From NCBI GenBank assembly GCA_964419675.1, contig CAYQPN010000002.1:133073-194184 (forward strand): a stretch of DNA of 61,112 nt. Direction: 5' to 3'. Made by a program: the position numbers and the translations under genes. The stretch is from an uncultured Candidatus Saccharibacteria bacterium. Lineage in GTDB: Bacteria; Patescibacteriota; Saccharimonadia; Saccharimonadales; SZUA-47. Below, piece by piece: positions 17,703 through 26,610 of the stretch (positions within the stretch are counted from its first letter, which is position 1; every line of letters begins with the position of its first letter). The notes under the pieces were generated by a model that worked only from the letters and a program-made list of their open reading frames with translations, was not told the origin of the DNA and ran no database searches.

Positions 17703-17775
17703 GAACAAATAGATCCAGTAGAAGAAAAATCTAATCCAGAAGAGTAATTATTCGTAAATAAGCAACTATACTAGA

Positions 17776-17811
17776 TACACATATTATACGCTATAGCGTA
17801 TAATATGTGTA
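17776..17811. repeat. 36-bp perfect palindrome TACACATATTATACGCTATAGCGTATAATATGTGTA, copy 1 of 3
   Basis: Exact 18+18 self-complementarity, identical to the copies at 51150-51185 and 56989-57024. It lies between the convergent jag and GT4 3' ends. A second 9-bp-stem hairpin (AGGTGATTA / TAATCACCT) at 17811-17835 abuts it. Confidence 0.95.
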
Positions 17812-17825
17812 GGTGATTAGAGGGG

Positions 17826-18941
17826 TTAATCACCTAGGATTTGTTTGAAAACTTCTAGGTGCTGAGTGGCAAAGCGTCGCCAAGAGAATTTTTTTACGTT
17901 CTCGTAACCTTTATCAATCAATTTTTTGCGTAATGGTTCGCTTGAAATTACCTCATCAATTTTCTGAGCCATTTCATGCACATCAGCTGGGTCAAAATAG
18001 TGTGCCGCGTCACCTAGAACCTCAGGCAGGCAGGTTGCATTACTGCTGACAACTGGGCAACCATGCACCATAGCTTCTAGCCCCGGTAAGCCAAAACCTT
18101 CCGACAAACTCGGAAAAACGTAGGCCAAAGCATTTTGGTAATACCATTTTAGTTCCTCGTCTGGGATAAATCCTGTAAAAATAATGTCATCAAAGTACAC
18201 TTGTTTTTTTGCCCATTTTTCAAGTTGTTTTGAATGATATTCTCGTTTGCCAACCAATACCAACTTAAGTTCCGAGTGTTGTTCTTTTAAAAGCTCAAAT
18301 GCTGTAATTAGTCTCTCTAAGTTCTTATGCGGAAAGGCACTGCCGGTATACATAATAAACTGTTCTGGCGGGTCGCTAGGAGCTATTGCGGTTCCTGGCA
18401 AAGGTGGCTCAGAGGACTCCAGTGCAACAGTAGTTTTACGGTTCGTAAAAAGGTGGTATTTGTTTACAGCGTCAGCCACATATTGGGTTGGAACAATAAC
18501 GTGTTTGGCTGTACGGTGGGCGTGCCATAACAAAAACCTATATCCGTACATTCTTAAAGCGTGCAACCAACCAGGTAGCTTACCGGCGCGCACAAACTTT
18601 AACATCGTTAAGTCATGCGTGAAGGTAGTCTGTTTTTTGATATACATAACCGGCTGTTGTGGTGTAAGCGTAAAATGAATCAAGTCTACTTTTAGCCTAT
18701 AGAGTTGCCACGCATAAAATATTTGGTTAAAAGGGTTAAAGCTAAAGTTGCTAAATCTTGTAGTTTTAACACTAAAATTTTTGTTAACTGGCTTCCAGTC
18801 ATCACTTTTTTCTAACAAAATAGTATATTTATGCTCATTATCAATTTCTTGAAGATGTTCAAGCAGTCTTGCAACAGGGCGTCCGGTGCTAGCCCGGCGG
18901 ATACGCGCATCAATCACAATATGTTTTTTAGATTTTTTCAT
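17826..18941 (-). CDS. Glycosyltransferase family 4 (GT-B fold)
   Basis: C-terminal domain motif FPSLSEGFGLPGLEAMVHGCPVVSSN. Its start overlaps the mazF-like stop (ATGA). Confidence 0.85.
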   Translation of the reverse strand: MKKSKKHIVIDARIRRASTGRPVARLLEHLQEIDNEHKYTILLEKSDDWKPVNKNFSVKTTRFSNFSFNPFNQIFYAWQLYRLKVDLIHFTLTPQQPVMYIKKQTTFTHDLTMLKFVRAGKLPGWLHALRMYGYRFLLWHAHRTAKHVIVPTQYVADAVNKYHLFTNRKTTVALESSEPPLPGTAIAPSDPPEQFIMYTGSAFPHKNLERLITAFELLKEQHSELKLVLVGKREYHSKQLEKWAKKQVYFDDIIFTGFIPDEELKWYYQNALAYVFPSLSEGFGLPGLEAMVHGCPVVSSNATCLPEVLGDAAHYFDPADVHEMAQKIDEVISSEPLRKKLIDKGYENVKKFSWRRFATQHLEVFKQILGD

Positions 18942-19270
18942 AAAGCAAAGAACTTTTTCAAAATTATCTTAACCTCACCAATAACATCCAACCTAAGTTT
19001 CCCCAGAGATTTCACGATTATTGATCTGTCAGCCGTAAAAAGTTTATCAGGGCGAATGTAGCTTACAGAATGAAGCCCCCCTACCAAAAACGAACTGTCG
19101 TCTATTTGTACTTTCTTAAGCTCCCCGTCAGCGATACTGGTTATTTGGCACAAGACAACGTCATTAAAATCACTAAACCCCAATACTAGGGCAGGTCGAT
19201 TTTTGTGAGCTTTTAAATTTGAGAAGGGAAAGCTAGTAACAACAACAGATCCTACTGTAAGTGCTTCCAT
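18938..19270 (-). CDS. MazF/PemK-family type II toxin (endoribonuclease fold)
   Basis: GSVVVTSFPFSNLKAHKNRPALVLG ... LCQITS ... SYIRPDKLFTAD matches the PemK/MazF pattern. It overlaps the upstream AbrB-type antitoxin gene by 19 nt. Confidence 0.8.
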   Translation of the reverse strand: MEALTVGSVVVTSFPFSNLKAHKNRPALVLGFSDFNDVVLCQITSIADGELKKVQIDDSSFLVGGLHSVSYIRPDKLFTADRSIIVKSLGKLRLDVIGEVKIILKKFFAL

Positions 19271-19485
19271 GCTTCATCCTCACGAGGGTCATCCCAAAAT
19301 TTAGCAAGGCTAGCCTCGCTCATTATCGCCAACTCTCTATTAGTAAGTTCATCTTCTGGTAATATTCTCAAGCTTCCGTCTTCAACCACGAGCCTCGCTT
19401 TTTTTTCTAAACCAACCTGCCTTAGGATCGATTTAGGGATTCTTATTCCCTGAGAATTACCAATTTTAACTATATTTATATCCAT
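19252..19485 (-). CDS. AbrB/MazE/SpoVT-family antitoxin
   Basis: MDINIVKIGNSQGIRIPKSILRQVGL is the swapped-hairpin AbrB motif. Length is 77 aa. It lies directly upstream of the toxin. Confidence 0.8.
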   Translation of the reverse strand: MDINIVKIGNSQGIRIPKSILRQVGLEKKARLVVEDGSLRILPEDELTNRELAIMSEASLAKFWDDPREDEAWKHLQ

Positions 19486-19486
19486 A

Positions 19487-19523
19487 GTAATTACATTGTA
19501 ATTACATATATTGCTTATGTCAA
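19487..19523 (-). promoter_or_regulatory. Predicted mazE promoter (TTGACA-N17-TACAAT on the minus strand) overlapped by two tandem GTAATTAC palindromes (putative antitoxin operator)
   Basis: On the plus strand, TGTCAA lies at 19518-19523 and ATTGTA at 19495-19500, with a 17-nt spacer. GTAATTAC occurs at 19487-19494 and 19498-19505, which is an 11-nt period. The -10 element ends 9 nt before the ATG, implying a leaderless or near-leaderless mRNA. Confidence 0.55.
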
Positions 19524-19560
19524 GGTTTACCCTGAGCTAATTCAAGTATATTATTGGTGT

Positions 19561-22383
19561 ATGCGAGGTGTTGGGAGCAGGATTTGTCTTTTTCTATTAA
19601 TTTTTGGTTGCTTCCTAGCAGTTCTGTCTAAATCTGACGTTAAGGCCGAAAGCTCAATTTGGGCCGGCAACGTTAATATTACCGAAACACCAATTTCTGA
19701 AGCGTCACCAAACAGGGGCAATTATCAGTGTGAAAACGTAACTTATAAATCTAGATACCTCCATAATGAACTGCTGGTTGGGGATAATCTTGTGTACACA
19801 AGCTCCACAACCGAAACGGAGGGCAAAACTTACGCAGATGTATGTTCTGTAAGCAACCAACAAGGTACGATCGGTGGGGGTGTTTGGGCGCCTGACGGCG
19901 AGCTAACCCATGCTATGCCAATAGTAACAACTGCCAACTACGAGGCTATTGGTGCCCCTGGTGGGGATACAACAGTTTTTGTAACACCAGCACCAACTTA
20001 CGGGCTACAATACAGCATAAATCACAATTTACCGTTCATCGGTAAGCTATCATATAAAACCTACGGCTCAGGTTTTTCAAAAGTTAAAGAAAAAGTTTGG
20101 AAAATTCACACACTTAGCGACTTTCTCAGCTACAGCGACAACTCTATTGCTCGGATAGATACTATGTCTTTTTCTAACAATGGGCGTTATGGGCTTATCC
20201 AGCTGTCAAAGCGGTCACTGGCCAGAATTGACCTTCAAACTAAAGAGTTAACCCCGTTTTATAACAATACATTTTCAAATTCTAACGGTTTGTATCTGTC
20301 AATAAGTAATGACGGCCGATACGCATCCTATTACCGCTCGGGGCAATTGAAGGTTTTTGATTTAGCCAACTGTACCACCAGCTACGCATACGGTAGCTGG
20401 CCGTCAAGTGGTTCGTTGTCTAACAGCGGCTGTACAAGCAGTGATTATTATTCAAATGTTCATGCGTCTTATCCAAACTTATTATTTATTTCAAGGCTAC
20501 GATTTTCGCCAAACGGTGCGCAATTGTCGGTTGATGTGGGCGTTCAAGACGCAACCTTTTACTGGAAGAGGTTGCTGATAAGCCCAACAGATTATGTATC
20601 TCAAGCCCAGGGATATTTAGCGATGGGAGACAGTTATTCCAGTGGTGAGGGCGACACGCGTGGCGGTGATTGGTATGAACCAGGCACAGACGAACAAGGC
20701 AATAAAGATACTTTTGCAGGGCGCAACCTGTGCCACCTATCGCGTCGAAGTTACCCATATTTGATGGCAGTTGATTTAGGATATTTAGTGACCAACAGCA
20801 CTACACCACTGGCTGACGGGCTATTCCACTCAGTGGCTTGTTCAGGAGCTAAAATCCATAACGTCATTGGTCTTCTTGGAGAAAAACAAGATGACGGCAC
20901 TCCCATAGATTTTGCTTTTACAGATAATCAGTATCGATATAGTGATGCGTCATTTCTTAAAACTTGGCAACCAGGAGCAACAAAACAAACTAATTTCGTA
21001 TTCGATAGCTTGTTGCCTAATGCTGATGAAAGACCTAACATGGTCCCAGAAGTAATTACTATTAGCATAGGTGGTAATGATGCAGGGTTTGGCCAGAAAC
21101 TATTAAGCTGTCTAATGCCTGGGACATGTGAATTTGCAATTAGCGAGGATTCTAGGGCGCAAGTAGCAATTGAACTTGCCTCAGAAAAACCTAACTTAGT
21201 TAGAACCTACAAAACCCTAAAAGATTCAGCTCCAGAAGCTAGAATTTACGCTATAGGCTACCCAATGTTTGTTCAATCAGCCAGTGGTACCTGCGCCAGC
21301 AACGTGCATCTTGACGAAGACGAACGGTTTTTTATAGCCAGTGCCACACAATATTTTAATCTAATAATTAAATCAGCCGCTAAAGAGGTGGGCGTAAATT
21401 TTGTAGACATTCAAGATATTCTAGCTGGTACAAATTTATGTAGTGGCGCCACGGAAGACGTAGTGACTGTTAATGGCATAACCGCCGGCAATGACATAAG
21501 TTTGTCGCCTGTGGATAGCGGGATTTTCAAGTACGGGCTGTGTATTGTTAGAGAATGTGTGGGCAGTGAAACCTACCATCCAAACTTCAGAGCGCAGGAA
21601 TTGTATAAGACTAATATTTTGTCTAGTACCAGTAACTTAACTTCAGCTAATCCGGACCCAGAAACAAACTACACACCTACCCCATCTGACTATTTTGGAG
21701 TAAAGGCTATAAGCTACACCAATTACGTAAATGGTTTTTCACTTACTGAGCCAGAATTTGCCCGTATGAAAGACCTAATAACTGGCGCAATAGACTACCG
21801 CAACCCCACAATTGGTTTAAGTGGGTTACTGCCTGGTTCTGAAGCTGTTATAGAGATTCATTCAACCCCAATAACGCTAACTACGCAAACCGTCGACGTA
21901 AACGGCAACATAAGTGCTGGAGTAACAATTCCAGATGATTTAGAGGGGGGTTATCACGAAATTCACGTCACGGGCGTGGATATATATGGCGCAAATGTGG
22001 ATTATTACCAACCCATACTACTAGCAGTAAGCTCGGATGACTTTGACGGTGACGGTGTACTAAACGACGCAGATTCTTGCCCAACAATAGCAAATATATT
22101 TATTGACGTAGACAGCGACGGAATTGATGATGCATGTGACCCCGAAACAACAGTTACCGCACCGACGCCGACAGATGAAGATTTGCAAAAAGGGGAACGA
22201 AGCTCAGAAACAGTAGCAGGCGACAGCGAACCAGTAGGCCAAAGCAATGCTCAAGTACTTGGCGCTGTAACTACCGACGGGGAATTATCTAAAACTGGGG
22301 ATACAATTATGGGGTCTGTTATTCTAGGCATATTTGTAGTGATATTATCCTTGGCTATGTCTAAAAAACAAAAACAAAGCTAG
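19561..22383 (+). CDS. Giant cell-surface protein: N-terminal beta-propeller-like repeats, SGNH/GDSL hydrolase, Ig-like region, thrombospondin type-3-like Ca-binding repeats, and an LPXTG-like sorting signal
   Basis: Signal peptide ICLFLLIFGCFLAVLS. Repeated SN(N/D)GRY motifs. SGNH blocks YLAMGDSYSSGEGD, ITISIGGNDAGFG and ETYHPNF. Asp-rich repeats DFDGDGVLNDADSCP and DVDSDGIDDACDP. C-terminus is LSKTGD followed by a hydrophobic helix and KKQKQS. Confidence 0.7.
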   Translation: MRGVGSRICLFLLIFGCFLAVLSKSDVKAESSIWAGNVNITETPISEASPNRGNYQCENVTYKSRYLHNELLVGDNLVYTSSTTETEGKTYADVCSVSNQQGTIGGGVWAPDGELTHAMPIVTTANYEAIGAPGGDTTVFVTPAPTYGLQYSINHNLPFIGKLSYKTYGSGFSKVKEKVWKIHTLSDFLSYSDNSIARIDTMSFSNNGRYGLIQLSKRSLARIDLQTKELTPFYNNTFSNSNGLYLSISNDGRYASYYRSGQLKVFDLANCTTSYAYGSWPSSGSLSNSGCTSSDYYSNVHASYPNLLFISRLRFSPNGAQLSVDVGVQDATFYWKRLLISPTDYVSQAQGYLAMGDSYSSGEGDTRGGDWYEPGTDEQGNKDTFAGRNLCHLSRRSYPYLMAVDLGYLVTNSTTPLADGLFHSVACSGAKIHNVIGLLGEKQDDGTPIDFAFTDNQYRYSDASFLKTWQPGATKQTNFVFDSLLPNADERPNMVPEVITISIGGNDAGFGQKLLSCLMPGTCEFAISEDSRAQVAIELASEKPNLVRTYKTLKDSAPEARIYAIGYPMFVQSASGTCASNVHLDEDERFFIASATQYFNLIIKSAAKEVGVNFVDIQDILAGTNLCSGATEDVVTVNGITAGNDISLSPVDSGIFKYGLCIVRECVGSETYHPNFRAQELYKTNILSSTSNLTSANPDPETNYTPTPSDYFGVKAISYTNYVNGFSLTEPEFARMKDLITGAIDYRNPTIGLSGLLPGSEAVIEIHSTPITLTTQTVDVNGNISAGVTIPDDLEGGYHEIHVTGVDIYGANVDYYQPILLAVSSDDFDGDGVLNDADSCPTIANIFIDVDSDGIDDACDPETTVTAPTPTDEDLQKGERSSETVAGDSEPVGQSNAQVLGAVTTDGELSKTGDTIMGSVILGIFVVILSLAMSKKQKQS

Positions 22384-22416
22384 TGCTTATAATAATTTAA
22401 CTCTATACTTAACACT

Positions 22417-22998
22417 ATGCCCAAAAAGCCTACAGTAAAATCCAAGAAAGTTTCCAGTAAGCAAGCTAAGTCTAAGTTTGAATCCAGGATTCACCTAAGC
22501 TGGCATGCTCATCTAAAAGAAGTTGTTTTTCATCATAAAATGATTGGTTTTCTATTAATACTTCTGGCACTTGTATTATTTCAGTACCCTTACCAAAAGT
22601 ATAAAGATTGGGACAACGCCCAACTTATAAAAGGGCTCGCGCGAGATTTTCCGATTTTAGTTTCAGAAATTGAGCAAGCCACCGGATTAACCTTAGTGCA
22701 AAAAGTCGACTGTTCAACAACCCAAGAAAAGTACAGTGCAGGCGTGCGCACATGTGAACTTAGTACTAGCTCAGTTGCGCTTCAAGATCAAATAGATAAA
22801 GCAGTGCAAGTATATGAGAATTCAAAAAGTTTTATAAAATCTTCACAGTACGATAATAAAGAGGGGTTTCAATATAGGTATAGGGATAAACAAAGTTGTA
22901 GCTTTAGGTATCAGAAAACCGTATATATCAGTTGTATAACAGCCGTTAGGGATGCGAACATAGATTTAGCACGCGAAGTTTTTCAGAAAAGGCAGTAG
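22417..22998 (+). CDS. Membrane-anchored protein with a basic N-terminus and a Cys-containing ectodomain; unknown function
   Basis: TM helix MIGFLLILLALVLF. I recognised no other motifs. Confidence 0.45.
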   Translation: MPKKPTVKSKKVSSKQAKSKFESRIHLSWHAHLKEVVFHHKMIGFLLILLALVLFQYPYQKYKDWDNAQLIKGLARDFPILVSEIEQATGLTLVQKVDCSTTQEKYSAGVRTCELSTSSVALQDQIDKAVQVYENSKSFIKSSQYDNKEGFQYRYRDKQSCSFRYQKTVYISCITAVRDANIDLAREVFQKRQ

Positions 22999-23013
22999 GT
23001 TTTACGTCTTATT

Positions 23014-24429
23014 TTGGGGGATGAGTCTGATTTTTTCTTTGTGAATGCGGAAATTAGTAAAAAAAGCTACACTGTATGCATGCAAAAGCCTCGAGCTAAC
23101 CTTATTTATCAATTATTATTTATTACCTCTCTTATTTTCATAATCTATATGCCCCTTCACGTCTTCATTGTTCAGTCGGCTAGTCTTTTGACGGGTGGTT
23201 TGGGCTCCTGGAAGGCAGGGAAAGATATTTTGTTATTTTTGCTAGTGCCAGCGCTACTTTACCTTAGCTATCGTCGTGGGCTTTTTAAAAATAAAACTTT
23301 CAGATTATTAATAATCTTAGGTGGTGTCTATGCATTTTTGCATCTGTTATTTGTTTTGTTTGATAGAAATGATGATTTGTATTCAGCAATTGTTGGTAGT
23401 GTTTATAATACTCGCTTGCTTGCGTATTTATTGTTGGGCTACGTTGTAGGTTCGGCCAAGCAGGGCGAGAAGTATTTAAAGTATTTGTTGACGGCAACGG
23501 TGCTTATAGCAACGGCTGTGGCGCTTTTTGGGGTGGCTCAGTACTTTTTGCCTCACGATATGCTAACTCATGTGGGCTATAGCCTGGATCGGGGCGTGAA
23601 ACCGCTGTTTTTCATTGATGATAAACCTGACTTCCCACGGGTTATGAGCACCCTAAAAGACCCTAACTCGCTAGGCGCCTATCTTATATTGCCTATTTTG
23701 TTGACGGGTTACGCGCTAATAAACAAAAAAGTTAACGAACAGTTGTTTGCACGCCCGTTTCGACGAAAAGTATTGGTCGGGATGACAGGCATTATGCTAC
23801 TGGCACTTTTTCTAACCTTCTCCCGCGGGGCAGTACTCGGCTTAATCCTAGGAACTGCAACGATGCTTGCATTAACCACGGGTAAAAAAGTCCTAACTCT
23901 TGCAAGAACCCACTGGGGATTAGTTGTAGCTACCTTATTTATTATCCCTTGTTTATTATTTATGTTCAGAAATACTTACGTTTTCCAGAACCTCTTTTTT
24001 CACGCTGATAAGTCCACCGTTTTAGAAGACCCAAACGAACTAAGAATTACGCTCACTAAAAGTGTTGTTGATGATATTTGGTCGACTCCGTTAGGGCACG
24101 GACCGGGAACGGCTGGCTTAGTTTCTATTAACAACCCTAAGGGCGGGGTACTGACTGAAAATTATTATCTGCAAATAGCCTACGAAGTTGGCTGGCTCGG
24201 TATCGCCCTATTCGTAGCCATCCTTTACCTAATATTCAAGCATTTACTTCGTACTTCTTACTCCTCACCCATTACCGCCATCATGCTGTCCAGCATGATC
24301 GGCTATCTCTTCATCAGTCTCCTGATTCACCTCTGGTCCAACGAATCCGTCGCCCTGCAGTTCTGGCTCCTCAGCGGTGCAATGCTGGGATTGTCTTTAT
24401 CAAAACAAGATACTAAAAAAGCTATCTGA
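23014..24429 (+). CDS. O-antigen ligase/polymerase-like (Wzy_C family) polytopic membrane protein
   Basis: About 10 or more hydrophobic helices. The loop motif LTFSRGAVLGLILG is typical of the family. The track start is TTG at 23014; the ATG at 23080 (MQKPRANL) is an alternative start. Confidence 0.6.
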   Translation: MGDESDFFFVNAEISKKSYTVCMQKPRANLIYQLLFITSLIFIIYMPLHVFIVQSASLLTGGLGSWKAGKDILLFLLVPALLYLSYRRGLFKNKTFRLLIILGGVYAFLHLLFVLFDRNDDLYSAIVGSVYNTRLLAYLLLGYVVGSAKQGEKYLKYLLTATVLIATAVALFGVAQYFLPHDMLTHVGYSLDRGVKPLFFIDDKPDFPRVMSTLKDPNSLGAYLILPILLTGYALINKKVNEQLFARPFRRKVLVGMTGIMLLALFLTFSRGAVLGLILGTATMLALTTGKKVLTLARTHWGLVVATLFIIPCLLFMFRNTYVFQNLFFHADKSTVLEDPNELRITLTKSVVDDIWSTPLGHGPGTAGLVSINNPKGGVLTENYYLQIAYEVGWLGIALFVAILYLIFKHLLRTSYSSPITAIMLSSMIGYLFISLLIHLWSNESVALQFWLLSGAMLGLSLSKQDTKKAI

Positions 24430-25483
24430 TTGAAAAGGCGTCGGTGAAGGTGCCTACGGCTGGGACGAAGGAGGCTTTTATTTCGTTTTTTGTTACTTTG
24501 AACAGGCTAAAGCCGTAGGTGTCGCCGACATTACTGCCATTGAAGGCGGTGAAGTAGTTGTATTCTTTATCATCAGAATTAACCTCTCGTAATTTATAAC
24601 CACCTGCACCGCTTATAACAATTACGGTTCCTTGGCCTTTTTTTAACTGGTCTCCAGTTTGAGCAATGCACGATTCGTTAAACTCATTAACGATTATCGC
24701 GGGGCAGGTTTCTGGATTCAGTGCGAGTTGTTTTGATCTAAAGTAAGCATGTTCGTGACCCTGCAAGACAATATCAACCTTCAAATCAACTAGTGTATTC
24801 AACAGGTCGTCACCTATTTCGCATTCTTTTATGCCGGGGGTAATACAGTTTTTGTGCATTCCTACGACAACCCATTTTATTCCTTCAGATCGAGCGCTGT
24901 CGATCATATCTATAACCCATTGAAGATGTTCACCACCGTTAACATAATCAAAACCGTAATTATTAATGTCTGGAGAAATTAATATAAATCTTGCTAAATT
25001 TTGATAGTCAAAATAATATTCAATTCCGTAGTCCCCCACAATATTCTCTAGTTTGTTAGGTAAACATTTTGCGTATTCATTAATATTGCCATCCTTTGAA
25101 CCATCATCGTGGTTGCCGGCTATTAACTCAAACGGGTGGTCGTTACCTATTTTGGATTTAACAAAATCGCACCAAGCTGGCTCAGTTCCGTTTCCTGCAT
25201 ACCCTAGGTCGCCAAGAGCGAGTGTAAATGCTGATTTTGCATCTGCTATACCACGCAGTACTGCATCAGCCGTGTCTCCGTTTGCAAAATCTCCTGCAGC
25301 TGTAAAGGTAAATGGGGGAGTTGGTAGGGTGGTTTGAGTATCAAGCTGCGAACTTTCTGTTTCGGGCTTGGCGTTTTGGGTTTTATTCTTAGTGTTTTGA
25401 TAAGCAAAAAAACCAACAGTTGCCAGCAGTAAAATAAAGAGAATTAGCGTAAAATCAACTGCTCCTCTACTCTTATTTTCCAT
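24422..25483 (-). CDS. Membrane-anchored extracytoplasmic calcineurin-like metallophosphoesterase
   Basis: Signal anchor FTLILFILLLATVGFFAY. Motifs are AAGDFANGD, LALGDLGY, IAGNHDDG, VVGMHKN and LQGHEHAY. Confidence 0.75.
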   Translation of the reverse strand: MENKSRGAVDFTLILFILLLATVGFFAYQNTKNKTQNAKPETESSQLDTQTTLPTPPFTFTAAGDFANGDTADAVLRGIADAKSAFTLALGDLGYAGNGTEPAWCDFVKSKIGNDHPFELIAGNHDDGSKDGNINEYAKCLPNKLENIVGDYGIEYYFDYQNLARFILISPDINNYGFDYVNGGEHLQWVIDMIDSARSEGIKWVVVGMHKNCITPGIKECEIGDDLLNTLVDLKVDIVLQGHEHAYFRSKQLALNPETCPAIIVNEFNESCIAQTGDQLKKGQGTVIVISGAGGYKLREVNSDDKEYNYFTAFNGSNVGDTYGFSLFKVTKNEIKASFVPAVGTFTDAFSIR

Positions 25484-25527
25484 GATTACATTTTAACACT
25501 TACGTTCTCAGAATACTCGGGGTGCGC

Positions 25528-25536
25528 TGGTATAAT
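25528..25536 (+). promoter_or_regulatory. Extended -10 element TGGTATAAT upstream of gmd
   Basis: TGnTATAAT match lies 35 nt upstream of the ATG. Shine-Dalgarno AAGGAG is at 25562-25567. There is no good -35 hexamer. Confidence 0.4.
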
Positions 25537-25571
25537 AAACTTAAGAATTAGTTATTAAATCAAGGAGTTTT

Positions 25572-26609
25572 ATGCCAAAAACAGCTTTAATTACGGGTAT
25601 CGCGGGACAAGACGGGGGGCATTTAGCTCAACTATTGCACAGCAAAGGTTACAAAGTCTACGGCATAATTCGTGGGCAGATGGAATCCAGTCACCCAAGG
25701 TACAAGCAGGTTAGAGATGAAATGCCTTATGTAGAACTCGTTATGGCCGACTTGGTGGACCTTTCGGCGCTGACTCGGGCTATGCAACTTGCAAAACCGG
25801 ACGAAGTATATAATCTTGCCGCTATTAGCCATGTTGGTTATTCATTTAAAGATCCACTGCTAACAGCTGATGTAACTGGCAAAGGCGTGGTTAATGTTCT
25901 CGAAGCAATCCGTTTGGCTGGCTTAGAAAAAACTACAAAATTTTATCAAGCGTCGACTTCAGAGATGTTCGGAGGGTTAGATTATAACCGTTCAGACAAA
26001 GGCTATGACGAGGATGCACTTTTTCACCCAAGAAGCCCTTACGGCGTCGCAAAACTTTACGGGCACTGGATAACACGTAATTACCGTGAGAGTTACGGCA
26101 TGTTTGCTTCATGTGGGATTTTATTTAATCATGAAGGCGAAAGACGAGGCCCGGAATTTGTGACTAGAAAGATTAGCCAGTCGGTTGCACGCATCAAACT
26201 TGGCAAACAAGAATTTATAGAGCTGGGTAATATGGATGCAAAACGCGATTGGGGTTACGCAGGAGATTATGTTGAGGGGATGTGGCGCATTTTACAGCAA
26301 AAAGAACCGGGTGATTATGTGTTAGCAACAGGGGAAACTCATTCTGTTAGAGAGTTTGTAGAGCTTGCCTTTAAAGAGATTGGTATAGAAATTGAATGGC
26401 GCGGTAAAGCTGAAAAAGAAGAGGGAGTAGACAAAAAAACCGGTAAAGTATTGGTAAAAATAAATCCGGAATTTTATCGTCCTGCGGAAGTAGATATGTT
26501 GCTAGGCAACCCCGCAAAAGCCGAAAAAGATCTAGGCTGGAAACGCAAAGTCGATTTCCCTGGCCTTGTTAAGTTAATGGTAGATTACGACTTAAAACTA
26601 GAAAAGTAA
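25572..26609 (+). CDS. gmd: GDP-mannose 4,6-dehydratase
   Basis: ALITGIAGQDGGHLAQLLHSKGYKVYGIIR, ASTSEMFGG, SPYGVAKLYGHW and NHEGERRG. Confidence 0.92.
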   Translation: MPKTALITGIAGQDGGHLAQLLHSKGYKVYGIIRGQMESSHPRYKQVRDEMPYVELVMADLVDLSALTRAMQLAKPDEVYNLAAISHVGYSFKDPLLTADVTGKGVVNVLEAIRLAGLEKTTKFYQASTSEMFGGLDYNRSDKGYDEDALFHPRSPYGVAKLYGHWITRNYRESYGMFASCGILFNHEGERRGPEFVTRKISQSVARIKLGKQEFIELGNMDAKRDWGYAGDYVEGMWRILQQKEPGDYVLATGETHSVREFVELAFKEIGIEIEWRGKAEKEEGVDKKTGKVLVKINPEFYRPAEVDMLLGNPAKAEKDLGWKRKVDFPGLVKLMVDYDLKLEK

Positions 26610-26610
26610 A

